Source: Nymphaea colorata (lineage: Eukaryota). Taken from it: 64,000 nt of DNA. Location of the stretch: assembly GCF_008831285.2 (NCBI RefSeq), contig NC_045138.2, positions 4,154,001 through 4,218,000 on the forward strand, in the 5' to 3' direction. Below the pieces are notes generated by a model that did not search any database, was not told where the DNA came from, and was given only the letters and a program-made list of their open reading frames with translations. This document shows positions 51,686-64,000 of this stretch, in pieces; positions within the stretch are counted from its first letter, which is position 1; the number at the start of each line of letters is the position of its first letter. The position numbers and the translations under genes were made by a program.

Positions 51686-54600
51686 TGTCCGTTACAAAGA
51701 GATAAGGAGGCGATCCACCATATTTGGGAATGAGATATCTACGATTTGGGCGTTTCCTCAATCAGCACAGATTTGGGCGTTTTCCCATATCGACGTCATC
51801 TTCTCCATGATCGTTGGAATCAATACCAACAATATCGGCTGGAGGATTTTTCGTAACTCCCTCATAAAGATGTTTCCATCTAAAGGTGTTTGTAACTCTA
51901 TATAAATAGTGAATAACTCCTGTAAATGTGTGTGAAATAATATGAAGAAGTAAGCCCTTTTTTCTCTCGTGGATGTAGGCTACAAGCCGAACCACGTAAT
52001 ATGTTGCTTTCCTCTACTTCTTTCTCATCCGCACTCTCTGTTTCTTCATTATATTTGTTTTAACATGGTATCAGAGCATGGCTTTCCTGAGCATCTGGAG
52101 TTGATTCGTGTGATTATTCTTGTTCTTTCACAAATCAAAAGCAGAAAGGCGATTTTTTTGGAGTCTGACTACTTTCGGTGTTAAATACATCTGATTCGGA
52201 GATCAAAACGTGTTTTTGATCATTTGAGGAGACAGCTGACGAGATTCTAAACATTTTGAGCTCTTACTCGCCAAAAACCGTTGAGAAATAAGGGAGAAAT
52301 CGTTTTTTTGAGGTCCGCTTTCTGTTTTTTCCAGTGTGAAAGAGGGATTCCGGCGAAACCCGAAGAACCCGGTGTCGTGTTCTTCGTTCTCCAGCGAGTC
52401 GGGTGTGTCCTGACAATTCAACCTTCACCGTGTCAGTGCCGGCTCTTTCAATCTGCCGGCAATACGTTAAACACGCGGTCCCTTCGCCTTCGACTTGGCC
52501 TTCGATCCTTCATCGATTTCTTTCATTGGTCTTCATCGATTTCATTGGCTGTCCTACTCTTATTTACTATGACTGACAGCAATCAATCCAACAGCTCCAA
52601 CAGTATGAAAGAGGCAGGCGATCAAGGTCATGGAACGCTGAAAATCACCTCCATTCTCCTCAACAACACCAACTATCTTAGCTGGGCTAAAGCTGCTCGT
52701 CTTTTCCTGAGTGGACGATCCAAAGTGGGATACATCAATGGTCGAATCTCGCCTCCTCCCAAGACCAATCCTAACTATGAGGATTGAATCTGAAAGAGAT
52801 ATGGTAATGGCCTGGCCTACGAATTCCATGGAACCTCACATTTCGAGTCTATTTCTGTATAAAGAAACTGCGAAAGAAATATGGGATACATTGAAGGAGA
52901 TGTACAGTGAGCAAAACAACCTTGCTCGTGTGTACCAACTTCAACTTGATATTGCCAATCTCACCAAAGCCGGCAAGCAGACCGGTCTTTATTTAAACAA
53001 GCTCCGCAGCTTGTATGATGAGTTTGCACAATACAGACCGGCCACTGCTGATGCCGACGTTTATCAAAAAAGGTTTGAGGATGACAAAATTTTCAAAATT
53101 CTTGCTGGTCTTGGACCTGATTATGAGAATCTTCGCAGCCAGATTCTCATGACTAATCCCTTGCCAAGCTTTAATCAAGTTTGTCAAGCAATTCAAAGAG
53201 AAGACACTAGAAAAAAGGTTATGAGCCCGATACCCAAATCAGAGTTATATGAAGAGGGTCCGGAAAAGATGGCGTGCATAGCTCGGTCTGAACAAAATAC
53301 GTGGAAAGCTGATTCAAAAAATCAAAGCGGTAGAAACAATCTCCAATGGAATCGCAGCAACCTCAAATGTACTTATTGCAAAAAAACCGGACACTTTCGA
53401 GAAAGATGTTGGGAGCTCGTCGGCAGACCTGTAAGAGAAAAACCGGCTGCCCCTTCTCATTCTCCTCAAGTTGATCTTGTTACAAAAGATGATTTAGAGA
53501 AATTGTTTCAAAAATTCTCTAAAACAAATCTAGTATCTACTCATCCAGTTGGCAATACCAAGGAAGGTAACAATCTTGTTCTCTGTACTCATTCTAATAA
53601 TTCTATATGGGTTGTTGATATGGGTGCAACTGATCATATGACGAATGATGCATCAAGGTTAACTGCGATTGATTGCATGAACAAAAAGCATTCACAGTCG
53701 ACGGATCACATATTGCTGTTGATGGAACTGGAAAATTTTCATTCTTTGAAAACACATCATCTTCAGTCCTTTATGTTCCTAATCTCTCCACTAGTTTGAT
53801 GTCAGTTAGTAAGTTGACAAAGACTTATAATTGTCTGGCCGTTTTTTCTCCCAAGAATGTGATATTTTAGGATCTAGAAACGAAAAAGGAGATTGGTAGA
53901 GGACGAGAACAAAATGGGTTGTATCTGATGGAAACTCCCGGTGCTAGCTTTCTCATACATACTAATATGGAAAAGAATAGGCAAGAATACCAAATGTGGC
54001 ATGCACGACTTGGGCACATTTCGGACAGAAGCTTGAAGATGCGCATTCCTAATATCGCCACTGACAAACAATCTTGTGATGCTTGCGAATATTCCAAATC
54101 TACTAGACTGTCGTTTCAATCATCTATTGAACGATCCACAAATTTTTTCGATTTAGTGCATTCTGACGTGTGGGGACCAGCTCCTATGGAATCCTATATG
54201 GGATACAGGTACTATGTGTCTTTCATTGAAGATAAATCTCGCATGTCATGGATATTCTTTCTTAGAAATAAAAGTGAAGTTTTTAAGACTTTTCAAGACT
54301 ATTACAATCTTGTTTACACTCAATATGGTGCAAAAATTAAGAAACGTCGATCTGATAATGGGGGGAATATGTGAATCAACAGTTTGATGAATTCATCAAC
54401 AAAAAGGGGATTCAACCACAACTTACTTGTTCTGGAACTCCTCAACAAAACGGGGTGTCAGAAAGGAAAAATAGACAGCTTCTTACTATCGCTCGTGCTC
54501 TCATGATTCACATGAATGTACCTCAAACGTTTTGAGCAGAAGCGATTGGTACTGCTTGTTATCTTGCCAATATAGTTCCAAGTTCTAGCATTGAAAATCA

Positions 54601-57198
54601 AGTTCCCCTTGAAGTTTTACTTCAAAGGTCGATTTTTGTTAAGCATTTAAGAATTTTTTGGTGCAAATGCTTTGTGCATATACAAGAAAAATTCCGAAAT
54701 AAACTTGAGAAACGAGCCTTCAAATGTATTTTTCTTGGGTACTCTAGCAAGAAGAAAAGTTATAGCTGTTTTGAACCAAGATCAAGAAAGTTTTTTGTGA
54801 CTCGGGATGTGAAATTTTTTGAAAGTGAACCTTTCTATGAGGCACCGAGTCAGGGGGAGACTCACAGGCAAGATCAAGGAACCACTCTGACAGCCCCCAC
54901 TTCCTCTATTGCATCCACCGATCCTGCTGTTTCCCTTCCCCTTCCTCTTGTTGATGTTTTTCAAGTTCCAGTTGTTCAAACCCAGAACCAAAACCAGCAA
55001 TCTAGTAAACTTAGTGAACCTATCATCTTAGAAAACCCAAATCAAGATAGTAATCCAAACCAAGATAGCAATTCCCAACCACCGGTGTCACACCATAACC
55101 AAACTCTTGAACCGACACTTAGAAGATCAACTCGTCCCTCTAGACCACCGCCAAAACTAAAAGAGTTCTATACATATCTATCAACCCAACACGTTCATTC
55201 CATAGACAACTACACTACCTTTGATACCTTATCCAAACCATACCAGTCATATATTCTCAATACCTACTCTCATCATGAACCAAAAAACTACGATAAAACA
55301 AGCGCGAATCAAAATTGGCAGATTGCTATGGAAGAAGAGTTGTCCGCATTAAAGAAGAACAAAACTTGGGAGCTAGTACCGTTGCCCGAAGGGAAGCGAG
55401 TCGTTGGATGTAAGTGGGTTTACAAGATAAAATATCATAGTGATGGTTCTACAGAACGATACAAAGCTCGTCTCGTTACTAAAGGTTTTACTCAAACCAA
55501 ATGAGTGGACTACAATGAGACCTTCGCTCTTGTCGCTAAGATGAATACAGTAAGGATTCTCCTATCAGTAGCATCAATCAAGCGGTGGAAACTAGAACAA
55601 CTTGATGTCAAGAATGCATTTCTTCATGGAGAGCTCAATGAAGAAGTTTACATGCAAGTTCCTCAAGGCATACAACATAAGAAAGGGTATGTGTGCAAAC
55701 TAAAAAAGGCACTTTATGGCCTTAAGCAGTGCCCCCGAGCTTGGTTTTCACGCCTAAGTGAAGCATTGGTTAAAATTGGGTTCAAGCGTAGTAGTGCTGA
55801 TTATACCATGTTTGTTACTATTAGATCTTCAAAAGTAACCATTTTGCTTGTTTATGTAGATGACATCATATTGACAGGTAATGACAAAGATTTCATAGCT
55901 CAAGTCAAAATCTATCTAAATCAGCAATTTGAAATCAAAGATCTCGAGATCCTACGATACTTCTTGGGTATAGAAGTGACGCATTCCGAAAATGGAATCT
56001 TTATATGCCAAAGAAAATACACTTTCGACCTCTTGAAGGAAACCGGTTGCCTGGGTGCCAAGGTTGCAGACACGCCCCTTGAAATGAACTGCAAATTGAA
56101 GAAAGAAGTAGGGGAAAACATAAAAAACATTCAGAGTTTTCAAAAGTTGGTTGGAAAGCTTATATACTTGACTGTCACTCGACCGGATATCACATATGCT
56201 GTCAGCCTAGTAAATCAATTTATGCACAACCCGAGGTCAAGACGTGTCGAAGCTGTTCACAGGATCTCAAGATATTTAAAAGGAACTCCAGAGCAAGGAA
56301 ACTTGATGAAACGAGATCAGAAAATAGATGTAACTCGATATTGCGATGCTGACTGGGCAGGGGATCCAAACTGCCGAAAGTCTACATCAGGATATTGTAC
56401 GTTTGTCGGAAGAAACTTGGTAACTTGGTAAAGCAAAAAATAGTCAGTGGTGGCTTGATCGAACGCAGAGGCTGAATACAGGGCCATGGCGTCATGTACA
56501 TGTGAGTTGATATGGATAAAAGCATTGTTCAAAGATATGAAGATTGAAATAAGGGAGTCTATGAAGCTTATGTGTGACAACATTGCTGCAATCTACATTG
56601 GAGCTAATCATGTTTTTCATGAACTCACTAAGCACATCGAAGTTGATTGTCACTTTATTAGAGAAAAAATACAAGATGGAACTATTAACACACCACATGT
56701 CAAAAGTGAATTTCAACTTGTTGATATCCTTACAAAATCTCTTGGTAGGGATCGCCATATATATATTATACGCAAGTTGGGGCAGATTGACATCTGCTCA
56801 CCAACTTGAGGGGGAGACTGTCCGTTACAAAGAGATAAGGAGGCAATCCACCATATTTGGGAAGGAGATATCTACGATTTGGGTGTTTCCTCAATCAGCA
56901 CAAATTTGGGCATTTTCCCATATCGACGCCACCTTCTCCATGATCGTTGGAATCAATACCAACAAAATCGGCTGGAGGATTTTTCGTAACTCCCTCATAA
57001 AGATGTTTCCATCTAAAGGTGTTTGTAACTCTATATAAAGAGTGAATAACTCCTTTTAATGTGTGTGAAATAATATGAAGAAGTAAGCCCCTTTTTCTCT
57101 CGTGGATGTAGGCTACAAGCCGAATCACGTAATATGTTGCCTTCCTCTGCTTCTTTCTCATCCATACTCTCTATTTCTTCAGTATATTCGTTTTAACA
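51686..57198 (+). mobile_element. Complete Ty1/copia LTR retrotransposon (Ale/RE1-like) with 5-bp TSD CCCTC
   Basis: LTRs 51686-52065 and 56819-57198 (380 bp, TG...CA). PBS TGGTATCAGAGC at 52066-52077, PPT GAGGGGGAGAC at 56808-56818, TSD at 51681-85 and 57199-203. Confidence 0.98.
52569..56809 (+). pseudogene. Copia gag-pol polyprotein with frameshifts and stops
   Basis: Gag NYLSWAKAARLFLSGRSK, zinc knuckle CTYCKKTGHFRERC, protease WVVDMGATDHM, integrase WHARLGH / LVHSDVWGP, RT YKARLV / LDVKNAFLHG / VYVDDII, RNase H YCDADWAG / TKHIEVDCHF. Confidence 0.95.
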
Positions 57199-60100
57199 CC
57201 CTCTTCAGAACCAATAAGGCCACAGAAAAATTCATCACAGATAGATCTAATGTGATTCACATCGTTGATTCTAGTCCCCTCATGTTCCAAGGCAGATGAG
57301 GAATTTTTCATTCTACGACCTTTGAGTATTGCTTGGTAGTAAGCCGTATTACGGTCTCCTTCAACCATCCACTTGACACGAGCTCTTTGCTTCCATAAGT
57401 TGTCTTCATCTTCAAGGGAAGCTTGCAATTTTTTTCTAATTAGAATCTCGTGATTTCTGCCACTGTCTGTAGAAGTCAATTCAAGAGATTGAACTTTGTC
57501 AAATTCATCCCTTATCCACACAATTCCTAGCCCAACTAGAGAGATTAGAGCGAGTGAACTCCAGTTTCTTAATCATCATCATAAGGGGGCATCCAAAAAC
57601 TCGCAAACTCCAAGCCTCTTGTACAAGATAATTGCATTGTGGTCTACTGGCCCAGAAATGGAAGTATCTGAACTGAACAAAACGTTTAGGAGGGTTAAGA
57701 ATGAACCGAGTGGACACTTTGAGAGTGGAGTGGTCAGAAGTCGTTCTGGGAAGAATACGCAAATTAGTAAAACTGCCCCATTGAGCCTTCCAGACATTAT
57801 TAATAAATGCCCAGTCTAGCCTGCACAAAATTTCACTCGCACCATATCTGTTGTTGCTCCAAGTGAACCTGCGATTAGGGTTAGACAATGGGAACAAGTG
57901 GCAATTCGAAGCAAACCTATTAAAAGAAGAACAAGAATTAAGATTAGGTTGATGGCCGGTTTTGTCTAATCTGTCAAGCATAGCATTGAAATCCCCTACT
58001 AATAACATCGGACCTTGGAAATCAGATAATATGTTCTGCAGGTACATGAGTGCCCAAACTCTTTCAGTATAACGCAGAGGAAGATAAATACCTCCAACTA
58101 GAAAGTTGACATGAGACTGTTTATCAGTGACATCCAAAAGAATCCAATACCTATGCATATTAAGGACCAACACAGAGTATCTTTGTGGTTTCCACCCACA
58201 AAGGATACGTACCACACCATCGCACATATCAGCATTAGACATAGTAGCATATGAGCCAAGCAAACCAAAATTAATGTGGAGCCATTCAACATGAATAAGG
58301 GTGTCAAAATGAAAAAGCTATCAATGGCCTCTTGCTGCACAGTAAGAAGCAAGTCATGCTAGCAGAATATCTAGCTAAGCCATGAATATTTCATGCTAAA
58401 CACTTCATTGAAGGGGATGAGAAACTGTTACCTGGTCAGAAACATTACCTTCTCCAACACCAGTAGGAAGGTCACTGATCTAGGATGGTCGGGAGGTGTC
58501 TGCAGGACTGCAAGGGCCTCTACCCTGCCATGGCTCACGTGCTTACGCTTTCCCGCTGGCCCCGTTGGTTCCGAATCGGCAAAACTGTGATTTGTGATAT
58601 CCTATTAAATTTCCTATGACCAGACAATCTGCTGCCCCTACCACGGCTTTGAGTGATTCCCCCTGTTGAGAAAACTTTAAAGTTACCGGCTTGTGGATCA
58701 GCGGTATGAACCTCCTCTTGGACATCATGGGGAGCTTTAGTTAGAGGCTGAGGTTTGTGCTAAGAGGGCGATTTGAATGAAAAGCCAGGGGGTATATCAG
58801 TAAGCAAACTTCCAATCCGATAGAAGGGGTTAGCCATGTTAGTCTGGTTCTCTGTCGCGTCCCAAATGATGTCTTTGCCTTTAGCTCTCCTTGTGGTAAT
58901 GTCATTTCTAGAATCATGGTGAAACATATTCACACGAACTTTATTAGTTTTATCCTCAAGAGGCTTGACGTCGTTGATGGTTAAAGGACTTCTCGTTGGT
59001 TCTTCATGAGTATCATCTAAGTCCATTAGAGCAGAGAATTGATTCTTGGATGTAGATAAACCCTTTTGTTCTACCATAGGCCCTTTGCTTGAGCTGGATG
59101 CCTTTAACGAGTTTTTACATTTTGCCGCCTCATGCTGGTAATTCCCTTGTCCATGAGAGTCATGCTTGGGCCATTTGTCGGGTGGGTGAGAGTTGACACC
59201 GCAAATCCTGTAAAACCGTAATCTCCCTTCATAGAATAAAGGTTGGGCGAGGGTGTGGCTATCCTTTAGCACAAACTGAAATTCAGGGGGAAGTGGGGCA
59301 CTCAGAGGAAGCTCAACTCTAATGCGGGCAAAACCTCCTCTATTAATATCTCAGGTTTGAGTATCTGTTTCCAAAAGTTTACCCTGAAGACCCTTGGCGA
59401 TGCTGTTAAAAATCTGCGTTGTCCACATGTTCAGAGGCGAATCCGTAGTGGGGCAGAGAGCGCATGCGGCATGTTGAGAGGTTGCCCTGGCTGCCAACGG
59501 CAAGTAACAAGAGTCCTGCCTCCAACCCTCCAAGCTCGCTTCTGAGTGATGCAATTTAGTTGTTGTTCATCCTCAACCCGAATGAGGAAGGTGCCACCAG
59601 TGAGGATGGTGAACTTTGGGTTGGCTTTCCCTGTCCATTGCCTGGTGAGTTCCTGAAAGACAAAGGAGAAATTGGTGCGCCCATTTGGGGAAGAGCCTTG
59701 TAACCGAGCCAAAGCTGCCCATTGGAATGGGTGATTCATCTCATCATAGGCTTCTTTAGGAATGAAAATTTTGAATCTGCCATCCTGAATCTCCACCTCC
59801 AAAAGATGCTCTGGTTGGCTGCCAGCAGAAATCCCTTCAGTAATCAATGAAGCCCATGAACGAATACCATGCCCCTGATCCATTTGAATACCAGACGGTG
59901 TGGGGGAGCCTCGAACTGGTATTTTTCCTTTTTCAGAAGGAAAAGAAACTGATCCTTGCAAAGGGAGGAAGTCCTCATCAGATGCCATAGGCATCTCCAT
60001 GGCCCACGGTCCCCACGGTCCCTCCCCCACCCAACGCTAGGGGAAAGGAACGCTCAGCCTGCCTAATCCCTGGGACCAGCCAAACCCTAGCAGAGACTCA

Positions 60101-60329
60101 AAAAAATAAATAAAATAAAATAAAAAATATCAGTTGTACACCAAACTCTAGAAGATATATGTGATAGTGGGAGTCCACAAAATACCCATGTGGAGCCTTT
60201 CATTCTTTGATTTATGTGATAGAGGGAGTCCACAAAATGGAATGATCCATCAAAGCAAAAAACTGATGCCAGCGTGGTAGAAAACACAAATACAAAGATT
60301 AAAGAAGGAAGAGAGAGAGAGAGAGAGGA

Positions 60330-60461
60330 CTTGATCTTTCTGCTTTTGATCATGGATAATGCTCCTACATCCAAGACGGTAGTTCTTCCAGTTTTGCTTT
60401 TCAACTCTAGAGGCCCAATTTCTGATCTTCTCAACCCATACTCCTGGATGTCACCAACCAT
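60330..60461 (-). pseudogene. Orphan YUCCA flavin monooxygenase exon fragment
   Basis: [42 protein letters not shown] matches the YUCCA motif G....YGL.RP..GPLELK...GKTPVLDVGAL..IKSG.IK. Conserved P, P and G are replaced, the expected AAG|GT donor is absent, and no other YUCCA exons are in the window. Confidence 0.85.
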
Positions 60462-61991
60462 TCTTTGATCATTTGAAACTCGCCACTGCTAGAGAAAGTT
60501 GTACACCAAACTAATTCTCTAATGCACCTTTCGGTTTCGTTGCTAAATGATGCGTTCTCCAAGCTTTCCCTTGTGCACTCCAAGTTCGAGTGTGAATATT
60601 CATCTCAGTTGCACTCTGATCAACTCGACTACATAAAACGGGTTTGTCACGGTTGAATTAGTTAAACAGAGTTAACAAGTTCAATGAGTCGACAGGTTAA
60701 ACGAGTTAACGAAAACTACATATGGTCGAGTCGAGTCGAACTCAAGCCTGTATTATAGAGCTTGACTCGAGTTTTTTAAGTTGAATCAAACTCGACTCAG
60801 CTTGTGTGCAGCCCTCACTTACTGGCCCGACCCTCACTGCCACCCTTTTTTCCTTCGTTCTCTTCGGTCATGTTCACCCAAGCAAGGGTGGAGCCAAGGG
60901 GGCCGGTAGGGGTCTTGCTTCCTTTCAAAATTTTCTCTTTAAATTTTACATATAAATTAAAAAAAAAACATTAAATTTGGCTTCACCCATGCATTCAAAT
61001 CACAGGAGAATGTATGGATAGACATTGCTCTGTCTCTTTTCTCGGATTTTGAAAAAGTTATTTCGGTCATTCACTTCCGTATCCTCCTTAACATTTTCTG
61101 TCAAGGAGTGGTCATTTGAGAATTAAGTAAGAAACTTGAGCGCCTCTTTGTTACATCTCAAATGTCGGGCGCCTTCTTGTTATTCGCCCAATTGTTGGGC
61201 GCTGTCTTGTAATTATTTATGAATGGCTTTTTACTAATGTTACAAGAGTCACTAAATTTGTGATTATTGAAAGACACATTCAATTAGATCAGGAACAAAG
61301 ACGAGATGACTTGAATATGGTAATTAAAGTATTTCTCTTACAAGCTAACCTTATTGATATAATCTTAAGAATGGGTTGATAGAAACCATTTATTAAGTTT
61401 TCCTTTTTTGGAGTTTAATGGTGCTTTCATAATAAGCAAAAATCAACGCCTCCTATAACATCAACATTTTGATAGCAAAAAACTCCACATTTTTCAAGAA
61501 AACGACTTCAATCAAAGCATGCTTTATAATAAATAGTTTTTATAAATATATTAAAATGTATATATTTTGTTTAAAATATCTTTTCAATAAAAATTTGAAG
61601 GGTCTGGTTTTTATTTAATAGTTTAAGACCTACCAATTACTATATATGTATATGTATGTGTATGCAATTTTTCCAATCTGACATGCCAACCAGAGGCATT
61701 ATAGATAGAAACATGTGCTTCATTCAGAAAATCAACTGCTAGGGTACAGAGACAAGAATGGTAACAATGAATTTGCAGGAAGACAGTTCTTTTTGCAGCA
61801 TCCTTTTTTTTCCAAATTACAAAGTAGGACCAACACTCAAGAACCAAAGTTTCTTTTACTCAAGATTTCTGAGCATGTTGAGATCAATGGCAATCAGATT
61901 TGCAGGTACCACCACCTCACAAATCTAATGGAGATTTTAGAAAAAAAGAAAAAAAAAAAGAATTGATCACATAATTAATGATACAGTTCCC

Positions 61992-64000
61992 TCAAGTGGG
62001 TTGGGCCATGGCAGCATCTTTGAGAGGACCCCAGCACTCTATTCTGTTGAACTCTTTGGAGTTGGAGTGGAAATAGACCCACACCAAGGAATCCACCAAC
62101 TCTGGGTGCTTAGAAAAGAGGGTTGAATCTCCATGGATCACTGCTTGCAGAACCTATGCTTGGCAATTTCAAAATATTTTGGGGCATACATGTTAGTATT
62201 TCACAGTAAAAAAAATCGTAATAATTCATAAGCAATATTATTCATCATTATTTTTCTTCTAAATACATCGAAGATGGTACATCTCCATGTTTTTGGACAC
62301 AGAGAAGTTACTCTTATGGGTTGTGTGGCATCAGGAGAGGCAGATTCATGAAACAATTCATGAAACAATAACAAGTTGTTTCAATAGTCAAACAGCCCTC
62401 TTTATAGTGGGAAACCTGATCACAGTGATCTAAAACTACAATATATGATCATAATCAAAACTATTAGGTGAACTCCCTTTTTAGTTCCAAGAAAACTTCT
62501 CCTAGCAAGTATGGTGAGTCTCTGCTTCACAAAAGATCACAATTACGTACCATCGAAATGGATTCTCATATCTAAATACCAATCTCATTTAATTGTATTT
62601 GTGTGTGCACGCATGCATAGAATTCTCACCAGGGGAAGCTCTTTCCTGAAGATGTGGTATCTGAGCTCGGCGGCCAAGTCAAGGAGAAGGTGGCCGCCGC
62701 TAACATGGCAGTGGACGTGCAGGCTCATCTCATCCCTAAACTTCTTCCACTCCGCCACCACGTCGTCCCTCTGCAATTTCTTGTACCATCCCCTCAGCTG
62801 CACCACCCAAATTCCATTTTTGCATCTTCAAACGTAAAACACACACACACACACACACAGACACATATATATATATATATAAGATATTTAAATTTTTGGA
62901 TGGAGAAATCATCTGGCCTCTAACAGTACGATACGTGATACATGATACACCTATACCATACATCATGTGGTATATTTAATCACACTTGTTAGATGAATGC
63001 ATTGGGTGACTGTAATTGGATGAAAATCCGGGTGAAGGATTAATTCACCTCTATATATATATATAATGGAGCTCAAATTGAAAAATTGGAAGATGATTGT
63101 ATATATATATATATATATAAAGAAAAGAACTAAGAGCTTTTTCGATGACATAGCAAAACCAGGTTTTGAAGCCAAACTTCCTTTTCCCTTCAAAACCAAG
63201 ATCTTTGAGTGTTTAGTGACATCAAAACTATGTTTTTGAAAAACTCAATTTTAACAAAAACCAGGTTTTGTAAAACGAACTGAAAAACCAGATTCTCCAG
63301 TTCATTCATAAAAAAATAGATTTTGGGTGTGTCGCTCAAACAAACCAAACTTCAAATCCCATAAAAAATTTTAGAAACTTTAAAACCCATGAAAAATTTG
63401 GTTTTCATGAAACCAAGTTTTTTACAAAACTGAATTGAATAAATAGAAGTCATCAAATGCGGTTTGAAGAAATGACCTGCTTTCTGTTGACTGTGCGCGA
63501 GACGGAGAGGGTGAGGTTGGCGGTCAAGTCGCAGTGGGTGAGGGTGTAGGTTCGAGGGGCGAACTCTGGGTGCACGGCCTTCTCCTTTCCCAGACCTCCC
63601 AAGAAGAACACCTTCAATTTTGATGCTTCGAACCCCGTGTTTGCTCCCAACAGCCTTGCAGCCTGTTACAAATGGAACAGAAAAAATAATTAATCATAAC
63701 ATATTTTAATTAACCTGTGAAACGCTGATCAACTTGATGGCAAACCAATTCAGCTGCCAACTTATTTTATTCAATTGAATAAAAATAAACATTACCATAT
63801 TAATTTTTTAAAAGTAAATTAAAATTATATAAGGAAACTCTCTAAATTGTTTTTGAAATAAAATAATGAACCGCTTTTGAAGTGTGGATCCCTGAGAACC
63901 AGACTGTGAAATGATTCAAATGAATAGATTGTGGACCCATTGAAAAGTATTCACAGGCTCTGGAAGAATGGAGGGCCCATAAGCAGCAATTCCTTAGAAA
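61992..64000 (-). CDS. SGRL: STAY-GREEN family Mg-dechelatase (SGRL-type), partial: exons 63662-63477, 62797-62630, 62153-61992 (stop); probable upstream exon >64000-63872
   Basis: AARLL...FEASKLKVFFLG...PRTYTLTHCDLTANLTL|LRGWYKKLQRDDVVAEWKK...LHVHCHVSG...AAELRYHIFRKELPL|VLQAVIHGD...WVYFHSN...NRIECWGPLKDAA. All junctions are phase-0 GT-AG. 63872-64000 is an open frame ending at a GCG|GT donor (lower confidence). Confidence 0.9.

Larger units (their letters stand above)
48960..60090 (-). mobile_element. Near full-length degenerate L1 LINE (ORF1 DUF4283 plus zinc knuckle; ORF2 endonuclease, RT, zf-RVT, RNase H-like), interrupted by a copia element
   Basis: ORF1 starts at 60030 (GTFLIRVEDEQQLNCITQKRAWRVGGRTLVTCRWQPG). 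EN: GDFNAML, FTWSN, RLDWAFIN, SDHSTL (58263-57505). WKQRARVKWMVEGDRNTAYY. RT: SAPGP, IALIPK, LRQGDP, WSSKLLSYASRLCLI. zf-RVT at ~49620-49850. Many stops and frameshifts, and both ends are approximate. Confidence 0.92.

Noticed and set aside
60087..60461. Functional YUCCA gene
   Set aside because: Only 44 codons match, conserved residues are changed, there is an upstream in-frame stop, and the FAD/NADPH-binding exons are absent.

Overview
Repeat-rich plant (angiosperm) nuclear DNA. It is AT-rich, has GT-AG introns and microsatellites, and contains no prokaryotic, CRISPR or RNA-gene features that I can support. Host genes: (1) a minus-strand gene of the At5g64010 / plant PAXX-like family, with 3 coding exons at 5378-~701, probably continuing left of the window; (2) a complete 9-coding-exon TOM1-like (VHS-GAT) gene on + (22323-41543, about 519 aa) whose introns are full of transposons; (3) the 3' part of a STAY-GREEN-family (SGRL-type) gene on - at the right edge; (4) a candidate unannotated minus-strand gene with a clean TATA / 5'UTR / ATG / donor first exon at 46342-46243. 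Mobile DNA includes a full-length degenerate L1 LINE interrupted by a complete Ty1/copia element (380-bp LTRs, CCCTC TSD), a 5'-truncated but nearly intact L1, an intronic decayed copia, a solo LTR, a Ty3/gypsy chromovirus remnant, and many hAT, Tourist, MULE and CACTA non-autonomous elements, several with verifiable TSDs. There is also an orphan YUCCA exon fragment bracketed by a 16-bp direct repeat. I found no convincing novel multi-gene system. The best leads are the orphan small gene, the PAXX-like gene, the captured YUCCA fragment and the SGR/SGRL-intermediate protein. Family assignments come from recalled sequence motifs, not from database searches.
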